Shown here: one piece after another, positions 21,742 to 33,542 of the stretch
Position numbering within the stretch: the first letter of the stretch is position 1
Layout of the letters: each line of letters opens with the position of its first letter
Position numbers and translations under genes: made by a program
Notes under the pieces: generated by a model
What the model saw: the letters and a program-made list of their open reading frames with translations, nothing else
Told to the model about the DNA's origin: nothing
Databases searched by the model: none
NCBI RefSeq assembly: GCF_004010195.1
Contig: NC_057718.1
Location: 97,885,300-97,921,760, forward strand
DNA: 36,461 nucleotides
Direction of reading: 5' to 3'
Source: Chiloscyllium plagiosum
Taxonomy: Eukaryota

Positions 21742-22718
21742 ATAGGGGTACAGGTCCCTCGCTCCTTGAAAGTGGAGTCACAGGTAGACAGGGTGATGAA
21801 GAAGCCCTTCAGCATGCTTGCTTTCATTGGTCAGAGTACTGGAGTGGTACATCTTGTTGCAGTTGTATAAAACCTTGGTGAGGCCACATTTGGAGTACTG
21901 TGTGCAGTTCTGGTTGCTGTACTCAAGAAAGAATATTAGATAGAGTGCAGGAAGGATTTACCAGGATGCTATCTGGACTGGAAGTTTTGAATTATAAGGA
22001 GAGGTTGGATAGGCTAGGATTTTTTTTTCCCTGGAGTGGAGGAGGGCGGCACGGTGGCTCAGTGGTTAGCACTGCTGCCTCACAGCGCCAGAGACCTGGG
22101 TTCAATTCCCGCCTCGGGCAACTGTCTGTGTGGAGTTTGCACATTCTCTCTGTGTCTGCATTGGTTTCCTCCGGGTGCTCCAGTTTCCTCCCACAGCCCA
22201 AAGATGTGCAGATTAGGTGAATTGGCCATGCTAAATTGCCCGTAGTATTAGGTGAAGGGGGAAATGTAGGCGAATGGGTCTGGGTGGGTTGCTCTTCGGC
22301 GGGGCGGTGTGGACTTGTTGGGCTGAAGGGCCTGTTTCCACACTGTAAGTAATCTAATCTAATCATGTAGGAGACTGAGGTGTGACCTTATAGAGGTCTA
22401 TAAAATCATGATAAGCATAGTTCGGATAAATAGCCAACAGTTTTTCTCCATAGCGGGCAGAGGTTTAAGGTGAGGGAGGAGGTATGGATGAACCTGGCAA
22501 TTTTTATCACAGATGGTGGTGACAAGCTGCCAGAGGTAATGGTGGAGGCAAGTAACAATTTATAATTGAAGAAACAGACGGGCTCACAAATTGGATAGGT
22601 GTGGAAGGATATAGACCAAACGCAGGCAAATGCGACTAGATTAATTGTGAAAACTGGGTGGCATGGACTAGTTGGGCCGAAGGGCCTGCTTCCATGCTTT
22701 TGACCTCTATGACTCTAT
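21742..22718 (+). mobile_element. HER1/CR1 3' region split by HE1
   Basis: LYKTLVRPHLEYCVQFW and RVQEGFTRMLSGLEVLNYKERLDRLG motifs; tail tgacctctatgactct. Confidence 0.9.
22044..22364 (+). mobile_element. HE1-type V-SINE, young full-length copy
   Basis: Head gggcggcacggtggctcagtgg and (AATCT)n tail; imperfect TSD tggagga/tgtagga. Confidence 0.95.
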
Positions 22719-23087
22719 CCTCCAGTCAATACCATCCAAACAATAAAAACGGATGATCTGATGTGTGATCCTACTCCTGGACACACTAAGTTCAAGTTTG
22801 TTCTTCCCTTGACACATTGAGGGGAAGGAGGTGCAGAAAAGCGGAGTGTGTTGGAGTTATTCATTAAAAACCTCCTCCATTTAAGTCCGCATCACTGTGT
22901 CTGAGCAACTGGGAGGATAGTGAGAAGAGAGCTGCAGTGGGAGAGCGAGGGAGAAGCTGGGGTACCAGACTCAGTGAGAAAAGTCCTCTCTGCACACTGT
23001 CAATATTTTTTTGTCCTTGCATGTTCCTCCATTGGACTATATTTCACAACCAAACTTCTCTGAAATTGATTATTCTTTATCTCAAAT

Positions 23088-23410
23088 CACACAGAATATA
23101 GAACATTACAGTGCAAGAGAGGGCCCCTTGGCTCACAATGTTGTGCCGAACATGATGCCAAATAAACTAATCCTTTCTGCCTGCCATTGGTCCATTTCCC
23201 TCCATTCCTTGTGTATTCAGGTGCTTATCTGAAAGTCCCTTAAATGCCCTTCTCGTATCTCCCTCTGTCTCCACTTCCTCACAGCATGTTCCAGACACCT
23301 ATCACTCTTTATGCAAAAAACCTGCCCTCAGATTTCCTTTGAACTTTCCCCCCTCTCGTCTTAAATACATTCCTCCTAGCATTAGACATATCTATTCTAG
23401 GAAAGATTTC
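23088..23410 (-). mobile_element. CR1 LINE 3' end
   Basis: agaatatagaacattacagtgca tail followed by a CR1-like 3' UTR. Confidence 0.75.
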
Positions 23411-23796
23411 TTCTGAATAATAGTTAACACTGATGCTGCAAAAGACTGAATTTTCAAAAATTCTGTATCTTTAATTGTGGACTAAAATGAGTAAAGGACT
23501 GCTTTAAAATGAAAGATTGTTTGGCGAGTAGGAAGCAGGGAATGGCTGCATTTTCTAAAAGCAAGTCTCCGAAACTTATTTGGAGAGGGGTTTACGCTGC
23601 TGCTTTGCTCAAGGAAGTGGGGGAGGCTGATTGCAGATGGGTTGTCCCGGGGGGTGTGTGTACAGTGAGATTTGACTGGTAGCATGAAGCTAATTTCAAC
23701 TGGTCACCACTCCACAAACCAATGATGTGAGCCATCACCCTGGCAACGACTGTGAGGTTGGTTCCGAAGTAGCTGAACAGCTTGTGGGGGTGATTG

Positions 23797-24472
23797 ATAG
23801 TGGCAGAAGCCTTTGGATCTCTGGAAGGGGAAGTAGTGTGGAAAATAACTGAAGTATAATGAAAGCCAGTTGCTTTTTTTTCTCATCAGTATTTGTTGTT
23901 TCCAATCAATAAGTCAGAGACTTTTATCATTTGGAAATGAGATGCTTGTACCTCTTGCAAAGAAGTGAAAAGACGCAGAAAGGAAAACAACACATGACCA
24001 GCAAAAGAAGCATCTCAGCAAACCCTGTGGACTGACACCATTGAATTGTTTCTGTAGTGTCCCCTCTGCCCATAAAACCAAATTAAAAATAAATCTCTTT
24101 GTGTGTTCAGGAGGAACCTTACGAAGAAGTTAGAGTTATAGTGAGTAAATGTTAGTAGTTCACCTTTCCAGTTTGTCCATACCTTTTACTTCAACCAATA
24201 GAATCATAGAAACCCCACAGCATAGAGGCAGGCCATTCAGCCCATACTGACCCCAGTAGGCCATCCCATCTCACTATCTTCTTTTCACTTCTTTGCAAGA
24301 GGTACAAGCATCTCATTCCCAAATGATAAAAGTCTCTGATTTATTGATTGGAAATAACAAATACTGATGAGAAAAGAAACAACTGGCTTTCTTCATACTT
24401 CAGTTACTTTCCGCAGCAGAGATACACTACTTCCCCTTCCCCTTCCAGAGATCCAAAGGCTGCTGCCACTAT
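23797..24472. repeat. Inverted repeat: arms 23797-23973 and 24280-24472, ~305-bp spacer
   Basis: For example, gagatgcttgtacctcttgcaaagaagtgaaaaga pairs with tcttttcacttctttgcaagaggtacaagcatctc. Confidence 0.95.
24111..24140 (+). other. Candidate 30-nt microexon
   Basis: tctctttgtgtgttcag|gaggaaccttacgaagaagttagagttata|gtgagt; reads EEPYEEVRVI in phase 0. Confidence 0.3.
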
Positions 24473-24678
24473 TCCATCTCGCTACCCCTCCATTTCCCAT
24501 GGCCAATCCACCTAACCTGCACCCTGGGAAATTTCCCATGGCCAATCCACCCTAATCTGCACATCACTGGATAGGGAGAATGTGTATTCCCCATACAGAC
24601 AGCTGTCTGAGGCTGGAATCAAACCCCAGGTCCCTGGTGCTGTGAGGCAACAGTGCTAACCACTGAGCCACTGTTCCA
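24198..24678 (-). mobile_element. HE1-type V-SINE interrupted by an inverted copy of flanking DNA
   Basis: Tail at 24198-24270; body and head at 24491-24678 (cagtgctaaccactgagcca). Confidence 0.85.
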
Positions 24679-25086
24679 TACCTGTAGCTTGCGTCTGCCT
24701 ATTTATGATTAATAGTAACAGTTGTTAAGTAATGAAACCTGGTCCATGCTCTCTGTTCACTAGGGTCTAAACAGACAGGGAAACTGAGGAATTTTGAGGA
24801 CTCCAGGATTATGGGGCTTGATTTCCAGTGCACTACTCCAGTTGGGGATAATAGTGCCCAATAACGGCAATACGGAATTGGGGATTTTGTTTGACCCGAG
24901 TTCTTTTGGAGCATGGTGAGCATCTGTGTTCCCTCTAACTTGGTTTTCTTCCTCATGGTTTTCCGAGGTCTGCAAGCAGGAGTGGCTACCGGAACGAACA
25001 ATAGTACTGGGAATGGCTACACAGTGCGGCGGGAATATCGGGGGGCATTTTTATGTTCTGGGAAACCTCGCGTTTTACCACAATGA

Positions 25087-25440
25087 GGGGAGGCAGTACT
25101 GACTGGACTAGTAATCCAGGCATTCAGGCTAATGCATTGGAGATGCGGGTTCAAAGGCATCTTCAATGGCAATTCTTTAAATAGTCCAGAACTGAAAACG
25201 AGTCTGGGTATTGGTGATTGTGAAATTGCCGTTGATTGTCATAAACACCCATCCGGTTCACTAGTGTCCTTTTGGAGAAAACAATCTCCTATCCTTACTT
25301 GGTCTGGCCTGTCTGTGACTCCAAATGCAACGCTGTTGACTTAGCCATCCTCTGGAAATGCGCAGATGACGCACTCTGTTCAAGGATGGTCAGTATGTGC
25401 CTCCCTTACCCAACAATGCCCACATCCCACAAAAAAATAA
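25087..25440 (+). mobile_element. Family-B SINE, decayed
   Basis: cccatccggttcactagtgtcctt...atccttacttggtctggcct core. Confidence 0.75.
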
Positions 25441-26102
25441 TTTATTTAAGAAGCTGTAAAATTCAGCAGCCGGGGGAAAACCTCTTGAGATTCTTGACCT
25501 GAATGAAGCTGGTTCAGTCACTGGAAGCATTTCGTTGTGAGTAGGAATTAGAAAGTTCAAAATATCATGATGGAGTATTCATTTTACCTGAGGAAGACTT
25601 GAAAACTCTACATTCAGTTCATTGTGGAGAGCTTATAAATCCCCAATGAGCGTCCCATACCATGCCCCAGTTGCCTTGTTTGTTCAGAGGTAAAGAATTT
25701 AATGTTTGTTTCCGCCTGAATCAGTCAGGTTCTGACTAGCATATTCTGTGCCTTTTGCATAAATGGAAGATGAGATGAGAATATTACACGAGTTCCCTGC
25801 ATATTATTGTTGTTAAATAGGGTAATTGTTGGCCCTAGGCTAGGTAGTCTCCTGTGTGAGCTCTTTTCATGAAGGACACAGCCAATTTGAGAACAAGAAT
25901 GTGTTGACTGACTAAGAAACTGGGAATGTGCATGGTAACCTGGTGAGAGCGAAATCTCCTATTTAGGGTGTGGAAGGGATCTGGGCAGAGAAAGAGAGCG
26001 AGAAAGCCTTTTGAATAGAGAAGGCTTATTTCCAGCAGAAAAGGTCAGAAACAACAGACAAATGCAGTTGAGGTGGCCTGTGATGCACATCTAAAAAGAT
26101 GG

Positions 26103-26316
26103 AGAATAGCAGGAATAGGCCATTCAGCCCTTTGAGTCTGCTCTGCCGTTCAATATAATCTTGGCTGACCATCCAACCTGTTTTCCACTTTCTCCCCCAA
26201 ACTCTTTGATCCCTTTCTCCCTCAGAACTATAGCTGTTACCTTCTTCAATGTTTTGGCCTCAACTGCTTTCTGTGACAGAGAATTCCACAGGCTCCCTGC
26301 TCTCTGGGTGAAGAAT
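26103..26316 (-). mobile_element. CR1 3' end
   Basis: Similar to 19258-19440. Confidence 0.75.
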
Positions 26317-26560
26317 GGGTGGCACAGTGGCTAGCACTGCGGCTTCACAGAATGAGGGACCCGGGTTCAATTCTAGCCACCGGTGACTGTCTGTGTGGGG
26401 TTTGTACATTCTCCCCGTGTCTGCGTAGGTTTCTTCGTGAAGGATAGGTGGGTTGGCCATGCTCAAGATGGGACCACATAGTGGGGGAATGTGTGTATGG
26501 GATGCTCGCTGGAGGTTTGATGCAGACTAGATGGCTTCTTTCTGCACTGTGGGGTTTCTG
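26317..26560 (+). mobile_element. HE1-type V-SINE with deletions
   Basis: Head and V-domain recognisable. Confidence 0.85.
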
Positions 26561-27818
26561 CAGTTCTGGGAATGCTCCTGTGAAGCATATTGAAGTGTTT
26601 CATTTCATTAAAGGTGCTCTATCGATATAAATTATTGACATTTGCAGATGTTAGTTGCAGAAGCAGAATGCCAACTCTCTAATCCCTCCTCCAAACTCCT
26701 ACATTTTTTCCAATGCCATGATTGGATTGCATCTTTTTCCCACCCTGGCCTTGGTGCTCATTAATCTCAATCCTTCACAGCATGCTTCTATCTCCTTCCA
26801 GAGAGCTCCCAATAGGACTGGCCCTTGCCAACCTATTCTTTCAACATATTCTGAGCCCAGCAAGCTGATTTGTTTCAGCCTGAAGTCTTGTGGCTTCGAA
26901 GCGACTGCTGTTCCTTCCAGGCTGGAACCTCTGGGTTCAAGGCTGATTCCAGGAAACGTCAGTCCCGGTTTTGGGATGCAGTTGGATCATCAGCCTGCTC
27001 ATCCTTCAGACGCTCCCCGCACTAATCCGTAAAGGCTGAGGAGGATTGAGTGTGAGAGCTACTCAACGGACAAACCGAACCCAGTGAGCTGTGAAGTGCT
27101 GGATTGAAAGATTAGGTGCAATAGAGTCACAGGCTAAGGGCAGAGAGATCGGAAGGGGAGGAGGGAGGAGAACATGGATGACTGTAAGTCCATAGATGAG
27201 GCTTGTGGATAAATGGGGGCCAGTTCAAGTTAACTGTCTTGATTTTACATTTATTTGAATTACTCACTTAAATAAAATTTCAAACATTTTGATTTTAAAA
27301 AAAGAGGAAATGAACAACCAAAAATTTAAAAGCAAGCATCAGCTTAATTTTGTGTAGTTCTTTTCACGTGACAAAACATCTCAAAGTGCTTAAAACCTTT
27401 GCGAAAACGGTAATGTCTTTAGCACAATTTGCAAGGGTTAACTTCGAAGCAGGTAATTGCTTTGTTGAATAAAATCGACAGCATTGGCAAATTTGCCGCT
27501 GAGGGTTTGGAACTTTTCTTCAGAACATGAAATTTGGAAAGCAATCCCTTTCAAACAGCGGAAAGGGTCAGAAGGCCGTTGGATTCGTTGCTCAGCCTAT
27601 GTAGGGTGAGGGACAAGAAATAACACAGAGGAACAAAATGGCCAGTTTGTTCCTGTGACGTACAGTAAAAGATAGTACAGTTGTAATTCTGGCAGTTCAA
27701 TCATTCTTAATGGCAAAAGATATCTCTCCTATAACAGGGTAACCAGAACAGCACACAGTACGCCAGAAGAGAAAACAATGTTCATTAGTGAATGGTGTGA
27801 ATGGAGTTATGGACTTAT

Positions 27819-28530
27819 GGAGAGGTGATGCCTAGTAGTATTATAACTATGCTATTAATGTAGAGGGCTGGGTTCAAATCCTGCCACAGCAGATGGTGGA
27901 ATTTGAATTCACTTAAAAGAAAATTAGATTAGATTAGATTAGATTAGATTAGATTACAGTGTGGAAACAGGCCCTTCGGCCCAACAAGTCCACCCGACCC
28001 GCCGAAGCGAAACCCACCCATACCCCTACATTTACCCCTTACCTAACACTACGGGCAATTTTTTAGTATGGCCAATTCACCTGACCCTGCACATCTTTGT
28101 GACTGGGAGGAAACCGGAGCACCCGGAGGAAACCCACGCAGACACGGGGAGAATGTGCAAACTCCACACAGTCAGTCGCCTGAGGCGGGAATTGAACCCA
28201 GGTCGCTGGCGCTATGAGGCAGCAGTGCTAACCACTGTGCCACCGTGCCGCTCACTGTGCCACTGTGCCGCCCACTGTGCCACTGTGCCACTCATAATCT
28301 TGAATTATGAGTCCAATGATGACCATAAATCCATTGTCGATTGTCAGGAAAAACCCATCTCGTTCATCGTTGCTCTTTAGGGAAGGAAACCTGCCATCCT
28401 TACCTGGTCTGGCCTACATGTGATTCCAGACCCACAGCAATGTGGTTGACTCTTAATTGCCGTCTGGGCATTGAGGGGTGGGTAATAAATGCTACCTAGT
28501 CAGTAGTGCCTTCATCCCATGAATGAATAA
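27819..28530 (+). mobile_element. Family-B SINE split by HE1
   Basis: Head at 27819-27922 (ggttcaaatcc B box); body resumes at about 28295 and ends catcccatgaatgaataa. Confidence 0.9.
27923..28292 (-). mobile_element. HE1-type V-SINE, young, with (ATTAG)n tail and triplicated 5' end
   Basis: Close to the reverse complement of 22044-22364. Confidence 0.95.
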
Positions 28531-29459
28531 TTTTTTAAAAAATGACTTTGCATTTTGTGATCACATCACTGGCTGCTTTGGGCAGAATTAACACAGTTGA
28601 CCCTGAGGCGAATTACATTATGCAATAGCAGATATGTAGCTCTCCTGTATCAGGTGAACTGTTTCTATATTTTGCACACTTTATTTCATTAATTTTCAAA
28701 TTAAAACCACAAGTAAATGGGACAAATCTTTAATGCTATGAACTTGTATTCACTGAAAATTGAATGGTCTCCAAAATTTTAATTCCAAATGAATGAACAT
28801 TTCAAGCTAATGCAAATGGCATTCATAAACTGATCAGGTCCACCCAAGGAAGAGGATAATTCCTGAACTCGTGAGAATTGCACTCAAGTCTTGGGGAGTA
28901 AGTGTCGAATACGAAACATGCAGCCTCAGATTTTTCTTTGCAAATTGTAATTCTGTACTTATGTGAAAAAAAAGTTGCTAATTCTCCCAAGATTTTGTTC
29001 TGCTGTGAGCTTAGTGTCATCCACATGTTTAGCTTGTCTAACACAGAACCAGGAAGACTGGGTTCTTGTTGAGTCACATATCTTGGATGTTATTTGCAAC
29101 ACAGCCTCGTTACAATGTGACACTCTCACTGTCTTGCACTTATAGCCTGTTTTGTGCTTACTGATGTGATTGTACATTATAAACAAACATGGGTGACTGC
29201 ACTGACTCCATGGTACACAGTGTGACTGCAGGCAAGGCCAGTCCCTTTAAACGTCACAAGTTGTAATGTAATGTAGCTGTCTAGAATGTACAGGCCTGTC
29301 TTGTGAAATAACCCCACAAAGGTGGTACCCTGTCACCAAGTCCCTTTTTATTTGCTTGTTCATAGTACATGAAACTGATCCAGCTAGTTCAGAGCCGGCT
29401 CCGGGAGAACAGAATCCCTGACACTCCAGTTTATATCTGTCAGCCAGGGCTCCCTAATT

Positions 29460-29818
29460 TTATTTTTTATTCATTCATGGGATGAGGGCGTCGCTGACTA
29501 GGCAGCATTTATTACCCATCCCCAATTGCCCAGAGGGCAGTTAAGAGTCAACCACATTGCTGTGGGTCTGGAGTTACATGTAGACCAGACCAGGTAAGGA
29601 TGGCAGCTTCCTTCCCTAAAGGACTTTACTGAACAGGTGGGTTTTTCCTGACAATTGGTAATGGATTTGTGGTCATCGTTAGATTCTTAATTCAGATGTT
29701 TATTGAGTTCAAATTCCACCATCTGCCATGGCAGGATTTGAACCCTAGCTCCCCAGAACATTACCTGGGTCTCTAGGTTAACAGTCCAGCAATAATACCA
29801 CCAGGCTATCACCTCCCC
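29460..29818 (-). mobile_element. Family-B tRNA-derived SINE, full length
   Basis: Minus-strand head ggggaggtgatagcctggtggtattattgctggac, B box ggttcaaatcc, conserved core, and LINE-like tail. Confidence 0.9.
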
Positions 29819-29836
29819 AATCAGGAAACTCATATT

Positions 29837-30151
29837 AGATTAGATTAGATTAGATTACTTTACAGTGTGGAAACAGGCCCTTCGGCCCAACGAGTCCACA
29901 CCGACCTGCTAAAGCGCAAACCACCCATACCCCTACATTTACCCCTTACCTAACATTATGGACAATTTAGCATGGCCAATTCACCTGACCTGCACATCTT
30001 TGGACTGTGGGAGGAAACCGGAGCACCCGGAGGAAACCCACGCAGATACGGGGAGAATGTGCAAACTCCACACAGACAGTCACCTGAGGCAGGAATTGAA
30101 CCTGAGTCTCTGGCGCTGTGAGGCAGCAGTGCTAACCACTGTGCCACGTGC
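29837..30151 (-). mobile_element. HE1-type V-SINE, full length, 8-bp TSD
   Basis: ctcatatt at 29829-29836 and 30152-30159. Confidence 0.95.
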
Positions 30152-30384
30152 CTCATATTCTATGAGGTCTCCCTGGCTGACCTCATGACCATCACTACAT
30201 CAGGTATTTAATCTCTGATATAATACAACAATAAGCGAATATCAGAAAACAGAAGACCTTGAGACAGACTACGCACTGTGTAGAGGGCAGGGTTACTGGC
30301 TCCAACTCTCACCAAGCTACACGTGCAGCTGAATGAAAAGCAGGCCAGGAAGTGTTTCAGGAAGCTCTTTCAGATAAAATTGTT

Positions 30385-30545
30385 TCTTATTCATTTTGTG
30401 GGATGTGGATGTCACTGGCTGGGCCAGCATTTATTTGCCTGTCCTTAGTTGCCCCTTGAGAAGGTGGGGATGAGTTGCCTTCTTGAACCGCTGCAGTCGA
30501 CCTGCTGTGGGTTGAACACAATATCGCTCAGGAAGGAATTTCAAT
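30385..30545 (-). mobile_element. CR1/L2-group LINE 3' end sharing its tail with the family-B SINE
   Basis: ttattcattttgtgggatgtggatgtcactggctgggccagcattta matches the SINE-B tail, then continues into LINE sequence. Confidence 0.75.
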
Positions 30546-31920
30546 GAAAAAAGGTCGGAAATTTGACTCTGTCTGACCAGATCTATCTCCGACTCTCATC
30601 ACATTCCCATTGACAAGTTATTGTGTCTAACGGGGTATGAATAAATTGGTGTATTAATGTTCCAAGATTCCTTTAGAAGTAGGATTATCAGCTTTCTGAG
30701 ACATTTCCTGGCCTATTTATCATTCAGCTGGATGTCTACCTTGGTGAGAGTTGGAACCAGGTGCCTAGTCCTCTTACACAGTGCGCAGTCTGTCTCAGAG
30801 TCTTATGTCTTCCGGCATATGCTGTTCATTTGTTCCCATGCTTCTCATCAAATGCTGTACAGATGGCTGATTGTTCATGTCAGTCATTCTGCTCTCTGAG
30901 CACAGAGCATTGTCATGTTGCGAGATCTCTCAATCCCTCAGCAGTTATTTCCTGGAATCTGTTCCCACTGTGTTGTCACTAAATGCAACATAGACGTCAA
31001 TGTTATTATCAGTGGAGGCATTTTGCAGTGCCTGCATACCTGAGATTTCTCTGCTGATATCGCATGCTGCTCATGATATGAAACCACTCTGCAGACTTGC
31101 TTGCCAGGACCGGCCAGTATCGTGAATCTGATGTATGTTGGAGTCACAAATCAATTTAGGTGGGAAATGTTCACTGGCAACCAGTCTTTAGTCTCTGAGC
31201 CTCCTGGTCATGTTTTTGTGCAAGGTTATTTCACCCTTAACAGTGTCAGACCCTCCAGAGTGCCTCTGTTTGGGAGATGACCTGGGTGCCTGTGGTTAGA
31301 CTTGTTGCTGGAAATGCCAGCACCTCTATTCATTTGCAACGTATTGGTGGTGAAGATGCAAGAGCCACAGAAGTCCATGTTTGCATTTTGACATGTTGTT
31401 GCCAGGCAGATAGGAAATTGTAAGGGTCTGATTCATTGGTCTCCTGAATATAAAAGAATTTGTGAGAGTGTTTGATAGCTCCCTCAGGGCACTATAATCA
31501 CATTTTATACAGCATACAATTACAGTGTCAGTCTTTCTCGGCTTCATCGTTCTCAAATCCTTTTTAGTTCCTGCTTATGTTGATTTTCAATTGTGTTTGT
31601 TCATTCCCTTTCCCATGTCTGGGATAACTCTGTTAAGCTGCTGCAACAAATCCACCAGATATCTGTGATCGTCTTTGACTCTGATAATTACTAACTTACG
31701 GCAGATGGGTTTTCTAACAATCATTCTCATTTCATGTTGTGATAACATTGTTTAAGTCTGGATATTCTCTGGTTGCCTTTTGTGCATGAATTTGCTTTTC
31801 ATGACAGGACAAAAACTTCATGTGCCTGCTTCATCCTCTGATATCTGGGCGTTGCCCTCAGCTTTACCACCTGCTTGATCAGGAACTGAACTGGACTAAC
31901 TGTAGAAATAGTCAGGCTTC

Positions 31921-33101
31921 AGAAGCAAGTCAGAGGCTGGGAATTCTCCAGTGAGTAACTTGCCAAAACCTGACTGCCATTTACAGACTCGAGTCAGGAA
32001 TGTGATGGAACCCACTTGCCTGGATGGGACTTGACACTATCCAGGACTCAGCAGCCTGATTGGTTGGCTCCCTGTTGACTTGATTTGATTTATTATTTTC
32101 GTATGTACTCAGATACAGTGAAAAGTATTGTTTTGCATGCTATCCAGACAAATCATACCTTAACCTAGGTACATCAGGGTAATAGAACAGAATGTAGTGT
32201 TACAGTCACAGAGAAGGTGGAGAGAAAGATAACTCTAAAAAAGGAAGGTCCATTCAAAAGCCTGATAACAGTGGGGAAGAAGCTGTTCTTGAATCTGTTG
32301 GTACGTGTTTTCAAACTTTTATCACTTCTGCCCGATGGGAGAGGGTGGAAGAGAGTATAACAGGGGTGGGAGGATTGGTTGCTTTTGAGGCAGTGGGAAG
32401 TATAGATGCAGTGACTGGAAGGAAGATTGGTTTTCGTGATGGACTGGGCTGCGTTCACAATGCTCCATAATTTCTTGTAATCTTGGGCAGAGGAGTTGCT
32501 GTACCAAGCTGTGATGCATTCAGATAGGATGCTTTCTGTGGTGCATCTATAAAAACTGCTGAGGGTCATTATGGACATGCTAACTTTCCTCAGCATCCTG
32601 ATGAAGTAGAGGTGTTGGTGTGCTTTCTTAACTGTGGCGTTGACGTGGATGGACCAGGACAGATTATTGGTGATCTTCATTCGTTAGAACTTGACGCTGT
32701 TGACCATCTCCACCTCAGCAACATTGACACGGACGGGGCTGAGTCCTTTACTCTACTTCCTGAAGTTGATTACCATCCACTATCTTCAACATTTACCCCC
32801 TTGACCTCCAACCCACAGTGGTAGTATTGTGCATCATCTAGAGGATGCAATGCAATAACTCTCCAAGGCTTCTTCAGCATCTTCCAAAACCAAATCCCCT
32901 GTAAAGACAGTAGGTGCAAGTGAACACCACTACCTACAAGTTGCCCTCCAAGACACATACCATCCTGACTTGGAAATATACCATCATACTTTCAGTGTCA
33001 CTGGGTCAACATCCTGGATCTCTGTTCTATGGATGTCCTGATGGCATACAGGCTGGAGGTGGGGAGTCATCACCACCTTCCCAAGGGATAATTAGGAATG
33101 G
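31921..33101 (+). mobile_element. CR1/L2-group LINE ORF2 3' region split by Rex1
   Basis: ASQRLGIL, VRNVME and LDTIQD motifs; resumes at 32773 and ends caccttcccaagggataattaggaatgg. Confidence 0.75.
32076..32772 (-). mobile_element. Rex1/Babar LINE 3' fragment containing the 168-aa ORF (32174-32680)
   Basis: KKAHQHLYFIRMLRK, FYRCTTESILSECITAWY and RTNRFKNSFFPTVIRLLN are the Rex1/Babar RT C-terminal region. Confidence 0.9.
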
Positions 33102-33542
33102 ATGACACCGTCTGAACTTGGAATGGTTGGATAACACCTCCTTAAGAAATTAAACATTTCAAACATCTTGTGGTTAACGTACAAATTGTCATGAGGCATC
33201 TTTGGCATTTTGCCCCCACAATTGTTTTCACAAAACTGCACTTTCAAAAGGTAAAGCACTCCGTAATGTACCATGTCTGGTGATTAGTGAACAGGTTAGA
33301 TTGTTAGCCAGTGTTTCTGGATGTGCTTTCAGTACACTCCATTATCCCCAGCGAGTCAAAACAGCTACTCCCTCCTCCCTGAAGAATCTGGAGATCTGTG
33401 CAGGAAACCAGCCAATCTCTACTGCTTCAGCTGTGTGAGATGTGTGCCCTCTGAGCTGTGCAGGGTCTGGATGAGGAAGGAGCTTGCAGTGTCTTTGTAT
33501 GATCCTGAACAAGAGCATTGTCGAGCAGGGGGACCGAGGAGG

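Larger units (their letters stand above)
29262..30199 (-). mobile_element. Probable solo LTR interrupted by two SINEs
   Basis: Termini tgtaatg...cactaca (6/7 inverted); minus-strand TATA-like gatataaa and aataaa. The sequence is continuous across the HE1 TSD. No LTR TSD seen. Confidence 0.55.

Noticed and set aside
21349..21745. ORFs after the long polypyrimidine tract (cag at 21369)
   Set aside because: The tract is a decayed CT microsatellite, stops follow the acceptor, and the peptides are unrecognisable.
23560..23760. ETS-, CCAAT- and RFX-like motifs as an enhancer
   Set aside because: Short motifs are expected by chance and cannot be supported from sequence alone.
24492..24562. 31-bp direct repeat
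   Set aside because: Corresponds to the internal duplication normal for this HE1 variant.
24774..24915. Possible exon ending ATG|gtgagc
   Set aside because: Splice signals are only moderate and there is no other support.
28233..28292. CRISPR-like array
   Set aside because: Head-to-tail repeats without spacers in eukaryotic DNA; no cas genes.
32174..32680. Longest ORF (168 aa) as a host or domesticated gene
   Set aside because: It is a 5'-truncated Rex1/Babar RT C-terminus with an internal deletion relative to the copies at 5078 and 8111, and it has no true ATG start.
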